NCBI GenBank assembly: GCA_036172245.1
Contig: JAYWIR010000011.1
Coordinates: 4,278,001 to 4,342,000, forward strand
DNA: 64,000 nt
Source: Raillietiella orientalis
Lineage: Eukaryota
Reading direction: 5' to 3'
The notes beneath the pieces are model-generated. The model ran no database searches. It had not been told where the DNA came from and saw only the letters and a list, made by a program, of their open reading frames with translations. A program made the position numbers and the translations under genes. Below, one piece after another: positions 13,801-28,212 of this stretch. Numbering within the stretch: the stretch's first letter is position 1; the number at the start of each line of letters is the position of its first letter.

Positions 13801-15883
13801 ATCTATTCGGATTATAATGGATCAAATTTTGCAACTCTGGTTTACTATTTCATAATATTTGGAAAATTCTCAACTTTCTACATTGCTTTATTCAAATAGT
13901 TTGATTCCACTCCTTTTGAATGAATAGAAATTTCAAGCTTTTAGCCTGTTCTATTATTAAGCTTTTATCTTTGGCTTTAAGCCTTCGTTATTTTTTAAAT
14001 CCTACTTTTGAAGCAAACCTGAGTTTGTCAGTGGTTTCCACAATGACTTTAGTTCTTTTCGTTAAGTTCAAGGTACATGTCATCATGAAACATGGGCAGA
14101 GTACTAGTAATTTTGACATGCAGAGAAGAATTAACATACTCTGGTGTATCCTCCAAAGTTAGAACTGTGAAACCACTTCCTCTTTCGTGCTACATCGTCG
14201 CTGCAGATGTCCTAGTGGAACTGGAGTTACAGAAGTCCCACTTTGCTTTATGAAACAATTAAATTTAGTCAGAACACCTATAACTTAAGAATGAGTATTA
14301 ATTTTCCTACTTCTATCTTCTTATCTATATCGAATAAACTTTAATCAATCCCCGAGATGGGTAGACCTCAGTCATTGAAACAGCTTATTTGAAGAAATGC
14401 ATCACAAGAAAAGAATCCATCACCTTTCTGTGGCAACCAATAAGCTGCTCGAGTATCAAAAATTTCAGCTGAAGTTATTATTTTCTCTGTTTAGAGTCAA
14501 ATAAAGCTACGTATTGTCATATGCCTGTTCTGTATCAACTAAATAACCGAAGTGCCATTTGGGTTAATTCATCAATGGTTTTATCAAGGAAAAACTAATA
14601 GTGCTAATTTGATTTTCGCTCCATGAGCCATGAATCTTGAAATAAATTTTTGCCTCAAATCAAGGATTTATGCTCTATGTATATTTGAGAGAACAAATAT
14701 TCAATTCAGACGCTGTGGGTTTTCCTTTTTGTTGTTACTGCTTTCTTGATTTGAAAGATCTAAATATTTCCTGTTTTGTTCCTCGTAATAAACTTTGGAT
14801 CGATCGCCTCACCTACTGCTCCCAAAGATGAAGGTTCTTTGTAAACTACTGAAACGTATCAGACGAAACACGATTATTTGTCTTGTTCTTAGAGCTACAA
14901 ACTAATTCAATAATAGAGTCCTGGAGAATTTTGCTGCTTATTGTGAATTCTCATAAACATAGAATACTAATTACTCTTGACATAAGAAGCAAAGGGTGCG
15001 GAGACTGTGCCACCAAACCACTCATGATGCCATTCTCAGTGACGTTCTGATTCACCGAAAAAAAAAAAAAAAAAACACGGAATGGCACACGAAACGTTTT
15101 CCCTTCAATAGATGAAATTTCCAGGAGCTGAAATCCAGGTGATGAGAAGGCAGATATGTTGGAATCCTTGGGTGGTTACTCAGTTTCATATTGAATTGAG
15201 TTTTCATTTTACGAAGAACAGATGGACTTTTATCTCCTCATGTGTTAAATTTTGGTTAGGAACAAAGGAACATCTTGAAGCATGTTCCTGATTGTGGTCA
15301 TTAAGAATTTCTTTGCTTTATGTATGGTCAAAATACATATTGATTGCCCTAATGTGTATATATAATTTGTATGTCATGTGCTCATCTGACTTTTCACTAC
15401 TTAAGGCTGCTTGAGGTCTTGTTCGGAAACAGTTTGGAAGCTGGGGATTTTGCCCATCTGCATCTCTTTTCTGTGGTTTCCTATTCCTATTCTTGCTATG
15501 CTGAAAATTCGTATGATTTCCGAAACTTCCTGGACTTTGTATGCCACTAATGAGTTTTTTTTTCCATCATGGGTTTCCCAACTCTTCTGGATACTACAGT
15601 ACATGATTTTGCCACCATTGTGTTGAGAACTGTATTATTTGACATCAATAATTTCCAATACGCGTTTGCAGATATGGAGTTGTGCCCAGTTGGCAGTTTT
15701 TGTTCGTTTTGCGATTTATTACAAAGTATTTATATTGCATTGTTTTGAGACCAATGTATGTGCCTAATCTTGAGTGAACATATTTGTAGACACTTTTTTA
15801 GATTATTCAGTAGAAAACAATAGCAATCAACGTTTCAATATAGTTTTTTTACTTGATTGCTATGTCCACATCTAGGTAGTGAG

Positions 15884-17812
15884 ATGTCTGAAGCATTATT
15901 GAAGGCAGCTAAGGATTCTATTTTGTATGGGATTATTTTACAGGTATGACGTATTTCTGGAATCATGCAAGCATTAAAATAGCAATATTAGGTATCTTTT
16001 AAGATATTTTCATTTGTTTTAAATGCAATTGTGATTCGCCACATCAGTAGAGATGTCTTGGGAATAGTAAATGTGAGGTAAGACTAGCTGTTATTTTCAA
16101 TTCTAAAGTTTCACGGTATTTGTCTACTCCAAAATTCTGTAGGCTTTCTTTCCTATATTCTACAATACTGTTTTTGAGTAGAGAAGCATTCAGAAAGACA
16201 TGTTTAAGAACAAAAGTCATTACTTCAAGTGTTCTCAATGTGACTTGGCTGAGGTAAGATCATCCATGTTATCTTTGGAAAGTTCAAAGTTTGGTGAAGT
16301 ATTTTAGCAAGCTGTGTGAATTCAGTTATCCTTGGTTCAATATGGCTTTACCTACTTGATGTTCCGTCAGTTGTGAGTGTCCATCAGTATCAAATGGCAG
16401 TGTATGCTGTTATTATGAGTTGTATCATGGAAACCTGTTCCGAACCCTTGTTTGTTGTGACACAGATATCAGGTATTATTAAAATAAAGGTAAGGTTTTT
16501 TTTGTGGCTTTTTTTAAAATGTCTATTGCAATGTTTCAGACAATGGCTGAGTCAGTGTGTTTGTTTAGTAGAAGCATTTTGCTTGTGCTAGCAATATTGT
16601 ACTTTCCTGAACAAATTATCTATGGTTTTTGCATGGCCCAAATATTGTCTTCTTTACTCTATTCGTCAATATTTTATTTGTGCTCTTTTTGGCAGAAGGA
16701 ATACATCAGAATGAAACAATTCTCATTCAAGGAAATGATGCCTAATATCTCTTCAAATGTGAGTATCTATTGTATGTGTGCTCATTTTGGAATAAATAGG
16801 AGATGTTTGATAAAGAAACCATGGGGCTTCTCTGGTGTTTCTTTAAACAGTGCTTGATAAAGCATGTGTTAACAGAAGGAGAGAAACTTGTTATGACGTT
16901 TTTCTCTCTTATGACACTTGCTCAGCAAGGTACATTTGATGTTGTTAATAATTTGGGAAGTTTAGTTGTTAGACTTTTATATGCCCCTATTGAGGAAGCA
17001 GCATATTTTTATTTTTCCCAGGCCTCAGACAACAAAAGTGATAAGGAAGTAAGTTAATTCTTATGCTTAGGAAAATAAAGCTCAATCATCTTTTAGATGA
17101 TGGTCACAGTCCTTCATTCAGCACTAAGACTGCTTTTTTATGTTGGACTTATCACCTTTGTATTTAGTTTGGCATATTCTCATTTATTTTTGTATATATA
17201 TGGAGGTTCTAGTCTGAGTAATTCGGAGGCACCATTGTTGCTCAAAGCACAGTGTTGTTATCTTTTGTTGCTTTCCATAAATGGTGTTACAGAAGCCTAT
17301 GCGTTTGCAAAAATGAAGCACAAGCAATTGAATAATCATAACAGAAAGTTAGTTTTCCTCTCTTTAGTTTATATACTGGCTGCATGGATCTGGATACACG
17401 TTTTTGGGAGCATAGGAATGATTTTTGCTAGTAGTTTGAATATGTTATTAAGAATTGTTTTCAGGTTAGTATTTTTGCAATGTGAAATTGTATACACAAG
17501 TTTTGTAGTTTTCAGTTTATTTGCAGGGAATGCAATGTTAGTGTATTAAAGTTGGTACCCATTCCAAGTTGGAGATTGATTTTTCTGATGGTATCATCAG
17601 CTTCTTTAATGTTGTTATCAGAAGTAAGTCACACTTGCAAACAATCAAATCCAAAGTCCACATTCCAGAAAGTGTTATATTCATGGTCAAAAACAGTACA
17701 TCTACTTAATGGGGGTATAATATTTATTATAGTTTTGCTCATCTTATTATTTTATCTTGAACCTGAAATTACTGCAGATTTAAAAAGATTTTGGAAACTG
17801 AAAAAACTGTGA
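15884..17812 (+). CDS. RFT1: Protein RFT1 homolog (Man5GlcNAc2-PP-dolichol translocation protein), about 513 aa
   Basis: Exons 15884-15943, 15992-16077, 16143-16253, 16300-16489, 16540-16758, 16800-17048, 17097-17464, 17509-17623, 17669-17812 total 1542 nt in frame. Motifs: LGIVNVRL-FLYSTILFLSREAFRK, KHVLTEGEK, QGTFDVVNNLGSLVVRLLYAPIEE, LSINGVTEAY, NMLLRI. Confidence 0.95.
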
Positions 17813-20800
17813 AATATATATAAAATGTTGATGGCTTAAACTTTAGATTGCATATGCCAGCAAGTCTGGGACATTGTGCTCACTGGTCAGGTGAATTTTT
17901 TCTCTGAGAACTATTAATTAGCAGAAACAGGAATTAATATATAGGGACGTAAACACAATAAACACTTGATAATATCAGTTTTTTAATGGTGTCCATGTCA
18001 ATTTTGTTGGCATGCTGTTTCTCTGAATCCACAACTTGAAATTAAGGGAAGTAGTATTCCTAACATGAAAGCTGCATTGGCATAGAAGGAATATTTTTAC
18101 AAAAAAGCATGTGAATAAGAGATTTGTATCTATCCCTGCTTCCACATTATGGAAATATGTGCAACATAACTGGTAAATGAGTGTATCTTTTGCAAACTCT
18201 GTAAACTTACCATTCAAAAGGAGGAAAATGTTGAATTTTATTATTTTTTATCACCTCACACAAACCATACTGGGTATTAGGGAAACTTGGTCTTTTCTTT
18301 ATACAGAAATTAACTTCAGGAAAATGTATTTGCATTTTTCAAAAGCATGCAGAACATCATAGCTGTGCTCAATACCAAAAATACCAAGTAGTCCATGCTG
18401 AATAATGCAATCAGTCGAGGCCCTCAATTGTGCAGTGTTTGTGCAAAAGCATTTTGTAAGATTTGAAGTATTAACTAGTTTATACACAAAAAGTTAAATC
18501 ATATACATTATTGGTTTTCCTGAAAAAAACAAAATCCCCATTCATATTGTAACTTTTCTCTTAAGAAAACGTTTGTCCTAAAATGTATGGTGCTGTTTCT
18601 TTTGGATCTTAAAATTGTACGATAACTTTTGAAATATGTTGATTATTGCACTAGGAATATATTTCAAAGTGCTCCAGAAACTTAAGTTACTTAGCTATCA
18701 CACATCCCTGCAAACATGTGTTTATGATTGTTACTATTTGACTGATTCTGAGTGTTTGAATTTAACAAACTAGCAATTCGTTTGTGCAACAAATTCAAGT
18801 CTGGTTTGCATCCAGATCCTTGTCTTGATGTTGGTTTTGTTTGCTGTACTCAATGCATAATGTATCAAACAACCACAGTGCTTTGAAATATGTGAAAACA
18901 TGGTAGCCACTTGGATGATCAAGTGAATACTGCTACAAAACAAACAAGAGACAAAAGTAATTGCAAGTAACAGCATAAATTTGAATAGGACAAGCGTACA
19001 TTTTTCAAAGTGCCTTTTCAGCAGCTTATCACAAGCTTTTCTTTACCACTTCAAAAAAATTGAAAGTGCAAACATAACAATCAACATATGTACAGAGTCT
19101 CTGGAACAACTAATGTGCTGTGGGAGAAGTAATGGATGCGTACAACAGCCATATAATGACACCCCTCAGTATGCATGTTATGGAAAAATGACCTGCAAAA
19201 AAACCGAAAAAAACTGAAACGAATCCAGGGGAACCCTTAACATACTTCTTGCAGAAGCTCATTGCTAGATTATCCTTAAACTGCAATGTAAAAACATGAC
19301 ATTCGATTAATCCTGATTATATTTCCTTTGTATTTATAAAATAGGGACCGTCATAAAACCTGAATCTTTCTGAAGAAACAGTATCTCAAATACTATGTTA
19401 TTGAGAGAACATGGACACAAAACACCAAACGGTTCAGAAATGCCAGAAAGTCGAAACAAACAAATGTTAGCAACGAACCCGCCATAGAAATTCTATGAAG
19501 CAGTGATGAATTCTGTTACTCGACAAAAAAGTGAAACCATTACACTACAACATCAAATCAAATCGAAAGTGGGATTAAACTGAAGAACAGTAAAATCAAC
19601 GAAAACCTCATTAATGAAAAAATGGTTGGAGGCCACAATGTGTTTTTAAAAAGAATTACAAAGTCTTTTAACACTATGCTATTGGTTTGAATGATCCTGT
19701 CAGATAATCACAGGTTTCCATATGCCACCACCATTTTACATCTTCATAGTGTCAGAAACTGTCAACCGAACTTTCCGTAATAGCTTATTTCTGTGCCATT
19801 GTTTTGAAAATATTAAAAATGGACAATATGAAAGTACAGTTGTACTTTCATAAGAAAGCGTTTTATGCATGGTTAGAAGAAGGAACAAATGAGGGGGTGA
19901 GGATAGCCTGAACATCAGTTTATGATAGGGTTGATGTAAGTTCTTATTGCTCCGTTAGCACGATTACTTTGAACGTAAGGACTATGACACCGCGTCCAAA
20001 TTCACTGAGTGATAATGAGGTAGGTGAAAAGAAAACACATAATAATAGCAACGTAAAATTTGCTGAATACGATCCACTCTCACGCGACACAAATGGTGCC
20101 AACAGTAAATTTTATTAAGAGAAGAAATTATATTATTGTAAAACGTGTGTTTAAACAAATAATATTAAAACTATGTAATGTAGAAATGTTTGGTGAAATC
20201 CTGTTGAATATTGAGATTACAAAAAGGCAATCGCGTGTTAAGAAACATGATATTGCTGCATCATAGGGGTGATACATCTGTAAATTCAGCGAAATGATTT
20301 GCCTAATTTCGGTTCTAATTTCCTATTGCAATCCAAACTATCATTATTAAAATTTCAAATCGCTCAGAAAAAAGAGTCAACTGTTTTGTGTTCAAAACAT
20401 TTTTTAATTTAGAATGAGGGCACTTTCTTGTTACATGCAAAACGTGTACGTTTATGATTCGTATGTTTATCACACTTAATTGGTAATATCTTTAATCAGA
20501 GGTAGAAAATGCTTCCGTCTGAAGGAACCTAACAAAACACTATTCATTCTTTTAGCATTTCTCCTTTACCTGACATGGTTTTTGATTCATAGAACTTATA
20601 TTTCTATAATTGTGTTGCACAAAAATACGAGTCAACTTTTCTAAGCCAAGGATTTTCATCATGGCAGTTTCTTTGAATACGTCGTGTCCGTGGACAATCT
20701 GAGTATGAATTACGTAAAATATACTATGGTCTTATTGCTACTTCTTTGCTTAAAGAAAAAAGAGAATGAATGAATTTGTAGGGAAAGGAGTGGTTTTATT

Positions 20801-22253
20801 GTTAATAAGTTTTCACTCTGCAAATGATGGTCATGGACATCATTTGAATAATCACTCCCTAGAGCATTGTGTTAAGCATTCATAAAGTGTTCTCAGTTAT
20901 TTTCAGGTCCACTGAATCGGAACTTTTTTTTTCTTTTAGCATAGATAGTTTTATTAAGATTTGTTTATAATTAGAACTATCTCCTTGTCTCTCGCATCTT
21001 TCTTGCCTTCGTGAAAAATAAGGGTACGCTCGAGGGAATCTTTCGTTTCACAGTTTACTACCTATTTCCTGAGTTCACTCACAAACTGCCGATAGTTATT
21101 CATCTTGTGAGACATCGGGAACTTGAGTTTTGTTCGAGATCAAATTTCTTTTATACATAAATACGGTTTGCACCTGCATTTTTAAGCTGATCATCCTAGT
21201 GACTAGGGGAATGCAGAAATCACATAGTAGCACCATTTAGTAATTTATAAGCAAAATTTGTATGACAAAGTTTAGTAGCTCTTGTTATACAGTTTCATAA
21301 GAGTTGTAGCCTCCCTGATTGGAATTTTTGACGCTTCTCTAACTATTTGGAAATTTCGAATATTCAAAAATAAAGGTTCATGTTAAGTTTAAAGATTCAA
21401 AGTACATAATTTTGATCATAGCTAAAGTTCAAACACTGAATTTTCTTTTCCAGTCATGATGATGATTCATCTGGGGGATTATTGTGGACCCGTTAGTTAA
21501 AGTAGCAAATGTATTCTAACTTTATCGTTTACGCGTTCATAATTTCATGAATTTTGTTTCTCGTAGTTTTTCGCAATATCTTTTGCCTTGTAAATGAAGA
21601 TGTTGGAATGAAGATGTGGTTTGCCCAACAACTGGAGTCACTAAAAAAAGCTACGTCGCAGCCTCTTTGTATGGCTGCAGTCAAAATTTAGAATTTATTC
21701 CTAACGACCTGATAGATTAATGACCACTTTGGCATAAGGGAACGTTGCAGCGCAAAGATATTTGTTTTCAGTGGCCTCTTTCAACACAGGAAAAGTAATT
21801 TCAATAACAGGAGACTCAGAATTCATTTTCTGGAATTTCTTTTTCCTTTTGGCATCAGGAAGGTGCAGTGAAAACTTTGCCATCCATTTTGGTTTGCCCT
21901 ACATCGAATCAAACTACATAAACTGTCGAATGTAAACATGATAAATATTTTAAATAATTTCTTGTTTGCTTGTTTGTTGGAAAAGTTCATTCCTGTAGAA
22001 GTGGTTTCAATTTTCTATGCCGTGTCGTCACGAAAATTTTCAAATGAATACCAGCTTGAAGGTTAAGGTCCTTTCTTTGAGAAATACGCCGCTAGCTATT
22101 TTCGTATGTTTTATGCTTCAAGGTAGATCTGTAATTAGTCTGTTGCAGATTTGAGTATGTGATGATACGATGGTTTTCATGTGTTACGTCTGTTCTTTTG
22201 TCATGTTACCCATTCTCTAAAGACGAAACTAAATTCATGTAATTTATTTATCC

Positions 22254-25200
22254 ATGGCGTGCTCAGCTATTACTTTGTCCATAGCTACTATTTGTGCAGT
22301 AGTAGCCACTGCACTTATCTCCATTGCTTTTGGAACAGATAACTGGAAATACATCGATGTGGATCGCAATAAAATAAAGGTATGGAAACACTATTTCTGG
22401 GGGGGGGGGGGGTCAGCCCCACAATATTGTGAAATCAGTTTGGACCTATAATGTGTGCTGTACTTTTCAATCGTACGTTGCTATTCATGTGCGGTAAAAT
22501 TTGGACATCGCTTGCAATCGTGTCGATTTACGTAGATTGTTTCATTCGAAGTTGCATAATTTCTACATTGGATGTTTGTAATTTAGAAAATTTGAACAGT
22601 CCGTTTGAAGTGTGTGTGCATTTCCTAGATTTGATTTTGCGTGCATGTGCGTTCTTCAGTTTTAATTTGGATGGGAAGGTTTTATTCAAGCTGTGCACAT
22701 GAGTAATTAAAGTTTTCCGTGCCAACTGAACTGCGGTATTGATATTCCAATAATATGATGAAAAAAAAAAAAAATACTATGGCATTTCCTACTTCTGTGT
22801 TTTTGTATTCTGCGCACGCCAACCCTGTGAAATACGTGTGATGATGATAATTATTCTTACCCGCAATTTTTAAGCGAAACTGAACGCATTCATCGCAGTT
22901 GGTGTCGGATGGGCATCGCTTTGAAAATTTCAGCTTTTTTTTTTTTTTTTCTCTCTCCTCCCCCCCCCCTCCCCCACGCCAGCTTCGCAAACGTGGACAT
23001 TTTTTGCGTTTTTGCAAGATTTCTATCGCACTCTCGGCGATGTGGCAATCCTTAGGGTGCCGGAATGCCGCCGTCTGTGGTGGTAAACAGCTGTTTACCG
23101 TGCAAATGCCCACCGTGTCGGCTGTGAATGCGCGTCGGAAGCTCCTGCGGCTGACCGAACGTTTCCCGTGCTGTTGCGGGGAAAATCTGGTATGCCGCCA
23201 TCATTCATTTCGGTCATCTGCGTGACCTGAAAATGAGTGTCACTGCTCAGCGAACCAGATTTTTTCTCCCCAGTTGGGGGGAGGGGGAGGGAGGAAATCC
23301 ACAGGGAGGCCGATCCCGGAGAGGGTCGATTCGAATCGCCTGCGTGCTCGGCCCAGGAGGCACACCCTCAACCCCTTGACTTGTGGACTGTTGCCGGAAC
23401 ACCCCCGCGCGGGAACAGGAGCGCTCCTCAACGGTGCAGTTCTTCTGACCAACTCGGAGGCAGGGAAACAGCAGCAGCCTGTTTTCCAGCCAGCTTGTCC
23501 GGAACGGGTGCGCCGAAGAGAATCGGGGGGGAGATGGGAGTGAAATTCGGACGGACCAGACTGACAGGACTGTACAAACCGAACAGCAGGACTGTACGCT
23601 TCCGAAAGTGGAGCAAATCCAGGATCTCCTGAGTTCGTTCCACGAGAGTACCCAAAACCCGAATCCGTGGGTGCTTGTTCTGCTGCTGCCGTGGGAGCTG
23701 CAGCGCTGTCAAGCGTGGACAGATATTGCGGCGACGGGCGATTTCCGTAAAGTTCTTCCCCATGGACGCGTGACCTATTCGCCGGGGACTGTGTTCCCAG
23801 ATCGAGCGTGGGCCCGTAAATCTGTGCATTCCGTATTTTGCAATGAGTTGTCAAAAGTCTTCTCAGCCCAAGTTTTTCTTAGATTGATTCAAAGAATTTT
23901 CATTATTTTAGTTAGAATTGAAAAAAACTTCTGATGCAAATTTGCTAGAACAGTTCGAAAATAACGAACTCTACTATCCCAGGACCAGAGGCTTGTTTCG
24001 TATATGTTTCCCGGAAGAAAAGCCAGCGGCAGGTAATTAATACTCGATGGGATCCATTTTTTTTTTTTTTTTCTACTTTTGACTGCAGTAGAGTAGAGTT
24101 GCCTTAATTAAAAAACTTTTGTTCTAGGACCTACAGAGAGCACTTTAAAAATACATATTTATTTATGGGAGGTGGGGAACGATGATCGAATAGGCCTTGA
24201 TTTCTATTCACAAATCTTCCAAAGCAGCTTCCATCAGCAAAAATTTATCCGACGCTTCCTTAGGATCACAGACGTCAGTCAGTTGTTTCCTGGAAATCGT
24301 TTGGAATTTAGGGTCACGAGAACGAATCCGTGTGTCTGCAACAGGTCCCTCCCTCTTCATGCAATAGTGTCCTATTGTTTTTTTTTTTTTTTTTAAAAAA
24401 AAAACAAAAAAAACAAAAAAGAAAGTTTGAACAACGGCCCTTTAGAAAGCACTGTGGATGATTGTTTTTCTGGAATATTTCGTTTATATAGGCTCTGTTC
24501 GTGTGACTTTACAGCCGGAATGCTGGGCTGTTTTCTCAACTTGCTTCTTCCCGTGGAGAATCCTCAACGATGCGAAGGCTTTCGAAGAGAATTGTACTCG
24601 AAATTGATCTGTCTTCATATCTATAGAAAAAAAAAAAAAAAATCATCATCAGCTCACCCTTTTTCCTCATGAAACGAAGACGACAAAAGCAATACGTTGC
24701 TTGATCTGAAAGCCACCTAATTCTTCGTCCCCGAGTGACGAATCATCAGCATTCCATCGGACCTAGTGCAAGCAGAATATGTTGGTTGCGTGTGGGTTAT
24801 TTTGTAGGCCAGCTTAGAACCGAGCCTATGTATTTTCAGAGGCAGAGCGGTGATGGCCGTCGGTGATCTTCTTCTACTTTGTTTGTTCTTTTCTAATCCG
24901 ATGGGTACATATCACATTCCGAGCTCACGCATCCGTAGCATCTGCACGCAGACGTCTCTGCTTTTGGGTTTCCTTCTTCTTCTTGTTGAAACAGAAATAA
25001 AGCATTGTCTTCAAGCATTCTCTGCTCCTATTACGTGCCACTCCATGCTTCTGTTGCGATTACCTCGAATTTCAATCGTCTTCCTGAGCTTTTCTTCCTC
25101 CCCTCCTGCCGCCCCCCAGCTGCTGCATCAGTGGATCATAACGTTTGCCGAGGATTGCTGCTTCCCGCTTGTAGTCTATTCGAAACCCTAAAGCTGCCAA

Positions 25201-26519
25201 ATCGACGGGTTGACTCTACAAGAATCAAGGAGCACCGGTTCACTTCAAGGTTTCTCTTCGGGAGTGGACCCTCCATCGCGTACCATGGATCTGATTGACA
25301 CCTTCTTCCCAGGGGGATCCCTTTCCAAAGTGTAAGAAGAACGCTGTTCCCTTCGGGAACCTACCCTTCAGAGAAATTGGGAGGCGTCCCTTCGGGATTC
25401 TCTTCCGAGGAGGAAGCAGGGAGCGGTTCCTTTCGACTCGACGACGTTCGGTCATCAAAACGTGTCTTCCGAAGCTAAGCGTGCGACGAGCATTTAACAG
25501 TCCTCACCTACGGACACACGGGAATAGGGTGAAGCACTCGTTGTCCTTCCCGTTTAGGGACATTGGACGTTTTTTTTCTTCCTTTTTTATTCAAAGGACA
25601 AGTTGTGCGCGTTCTCGTAGAGCCACTCTGTAGGCAGTGGGGTTTTCGGAACGTCGCTTCTATCTTAAGACGGATGTTTTTACTCGCAGGAATCTCTCAA
25701 GTGCACTGCGGCAGCGCAAGAACGAAGAAGAATCCAAAATTTCGGTTTTATTTGGTTTCAGCGTTTCGGATCGAATGCGAAGCGCTCCACCTGTGAGGTC
25801 TTTATGGTGATGGCTATTTCGAGTCTTCAAGGAGAAACGTCACGTCGTATTTTGCTCTCCCGGCGTAGTTCGCAGCTGTAGAGCGTTTCTAGAGATTCTT
25901 ATCGACTTTTAGAAGCGAGGCTTCGCATTCTGAATCAATTTCCAAATAAGGCGTTCGTTCCATCCACAATGGTTCAAAGATGAAGAAAACTCCGTAAGAG
26001 ACGTGCAGGGACCGCGAAGACGTTGTTTGCTACGCCTGTTGAGAAGATGGAGCGAATGTGGAGGATGCACGAAGTGTTCCAAGAAGCGTTACCCGAAGAG
26101 CCTGCAAACACTGTCGTGATAGAGGCTTATCATGAATTCCTCCCTCATCGTGGTCTTTATTGGTGAAAGTGTTGTACACATGCGTCCGAAGAGAAACTCG
26201 TGATGAAATCTCGAAACGCTGATGGCTTTCACTCTGCGGGATCTTTATTGGCACTTAATTGTCCGACAAACCTCTGTGTTCGTTGGAAAGATTCCTCTGA
26301 CCTGTAACTTCAGGAACAACAACATTGTACCGGATTCTGCTAGTCTTCTCCATGTAATAATAGTATTTAATGCAAATGTATTATAGTGGACGTGTATCTG
26401 TCTCCGGTGGAGACGTACTGCCACAATATTGAGTACTACATCCCTGATGAGAAAAATCAAATCAGAAGATTTTCCGACGATCTGCAGACAGCATTACGTG
26501 AGTTTTTAAAATATATGAT

Positions 26520-26572
<53 letters not shown>

Positions 26573-28181
26573 CGAAGCGCCGGTGATACTAAGAGCGGTT
26601 CGTGGATTTTCAAGATAAAAGTACATTTTGTACTTGAAATGTCTGTGATGTCTTGGAACTTCCCGCACGCCACCGTACCGGCAGTTGCGTACAAAATGCT
26701 CGAACTGTTCCGTGACGAAACGGAACGTGATTCCATCACCCTGACACTGTGTTCGTAATTCCAGGAATGGGCCATTCTGTAATTGGATTGCTAATTGTGG
26801 CCTTTTTCTTCATCTTCGTGGCCTTTTGGACTGGTATCTCCGGATGCTGGAGGCGGTCTTCCAGCAACATCGCGTCCACAGGCATCCTGATGTTGTTGGC
26901 ATGTGAGTCGATTCGTGTGACCTACATAGACGTGAGCCCGGCAAAAGAGGCCGTTGTGATGACCGTTTGGCTTCTTGTACCGATCCGATTTCTGTGCACT
27001 GCATAGGGTACTACGAAGTCACGTTGTTTCATAATGGCCATCCGTCGACCGTCGAAAAGCACCCAAAAAGGTGTACACGCCGTTGGATGTGGTGCTGCTT
27101 CTCGAGTAGGCTCGCGCGAAAATCCGACATGAGATTTTTCCTTCTTCTTCTTCTTCTTTTTCTGTCCGTGTTGTAAAAAAACAGGAAAAAAAAAAAAAAA
27201 GAGAGAGAAGCTCTAACGAGGGGGTATTTACGTTTCACGCACCAGTGACGGATTTTGTATGTTCCTGTTTACGATTCCAGGCCCAGAAGAGAACCAGCTC
27301 CGCCGTGTGTCTTAATGCGTTCTAACTGTTGAAGTGTTCTCGTAGGCCTCTTCACAGCTGGAGGAATGGGGTTGTGGCACGGAGTCGAGTATTTCGAAAG
27401 AGAAAAAGTCCAAGAAAAAGGTTATTATCTTTCTTATCCGCAGGTAAGCGCCCCGGGACCCGTGCAGAGCGAAGGCGTCTCCACGGTGTTTGTTTGCAGA
27501 TTTTGAAAGACAACACGAGAAGTAACTACGATTGGTCTTACGTCATTTCCTGGATCGGAATCGGATTTTCTCTCCTGTCCTCCTTTTTGTTCTTCGGAGC
27601 ATCGCGGTGCCTCCAGAACGAGAAAGATCAGGAGCATAATCACAAGATGCATTACCAAATTCCCAGTAATTGCTGATTTTAACTTTTCTTGACGGCTTCA
27701 AATGCATGCCTGCGCTTGCGTGCGTTTCTCAAAAGACCCACCAATGGATTTCTTCCTCCTCTTCTTTTTTTTTTTTCCGTTTAATGGTTCTCTTTGCGCC
27801 TCAGGAGCAGGCGGGAGGAATGTTTGGGCTGTTCTTTCTTTTCTTTTTTTTTCATGTGCGTCCGTCCCTTCCGTTCATTCGAGGAAAGTCCGCGTTGCGC
27901 GTCTCGCTGTCCGAGGGCAGCGAGCCCGGGCGCTTTCCGGTCCACAAAGGAATTCCGCCGCCGAGCTCCGCCGGGTTTCCAGAGCGCGAGAGACGGCAGC
28001 AGCCCCGATTCCGAGTTGGTGGGTTTTGCCTGCACCCCTCCCTCCCCCGTGCGCGGGCCCCTTCATGATGGAACCGGGGTGGGGGTGGGGGAACTGTTTG
28101 TTTGTTTCCTCGACCCCGTCGCTCCTTCCCGCCCGTTCCCGAGACACGCGGATCGAAGGCTCTCTGTCTGTCTGTCTGTCT

Positions 28182-28212
<31 letters not shown>

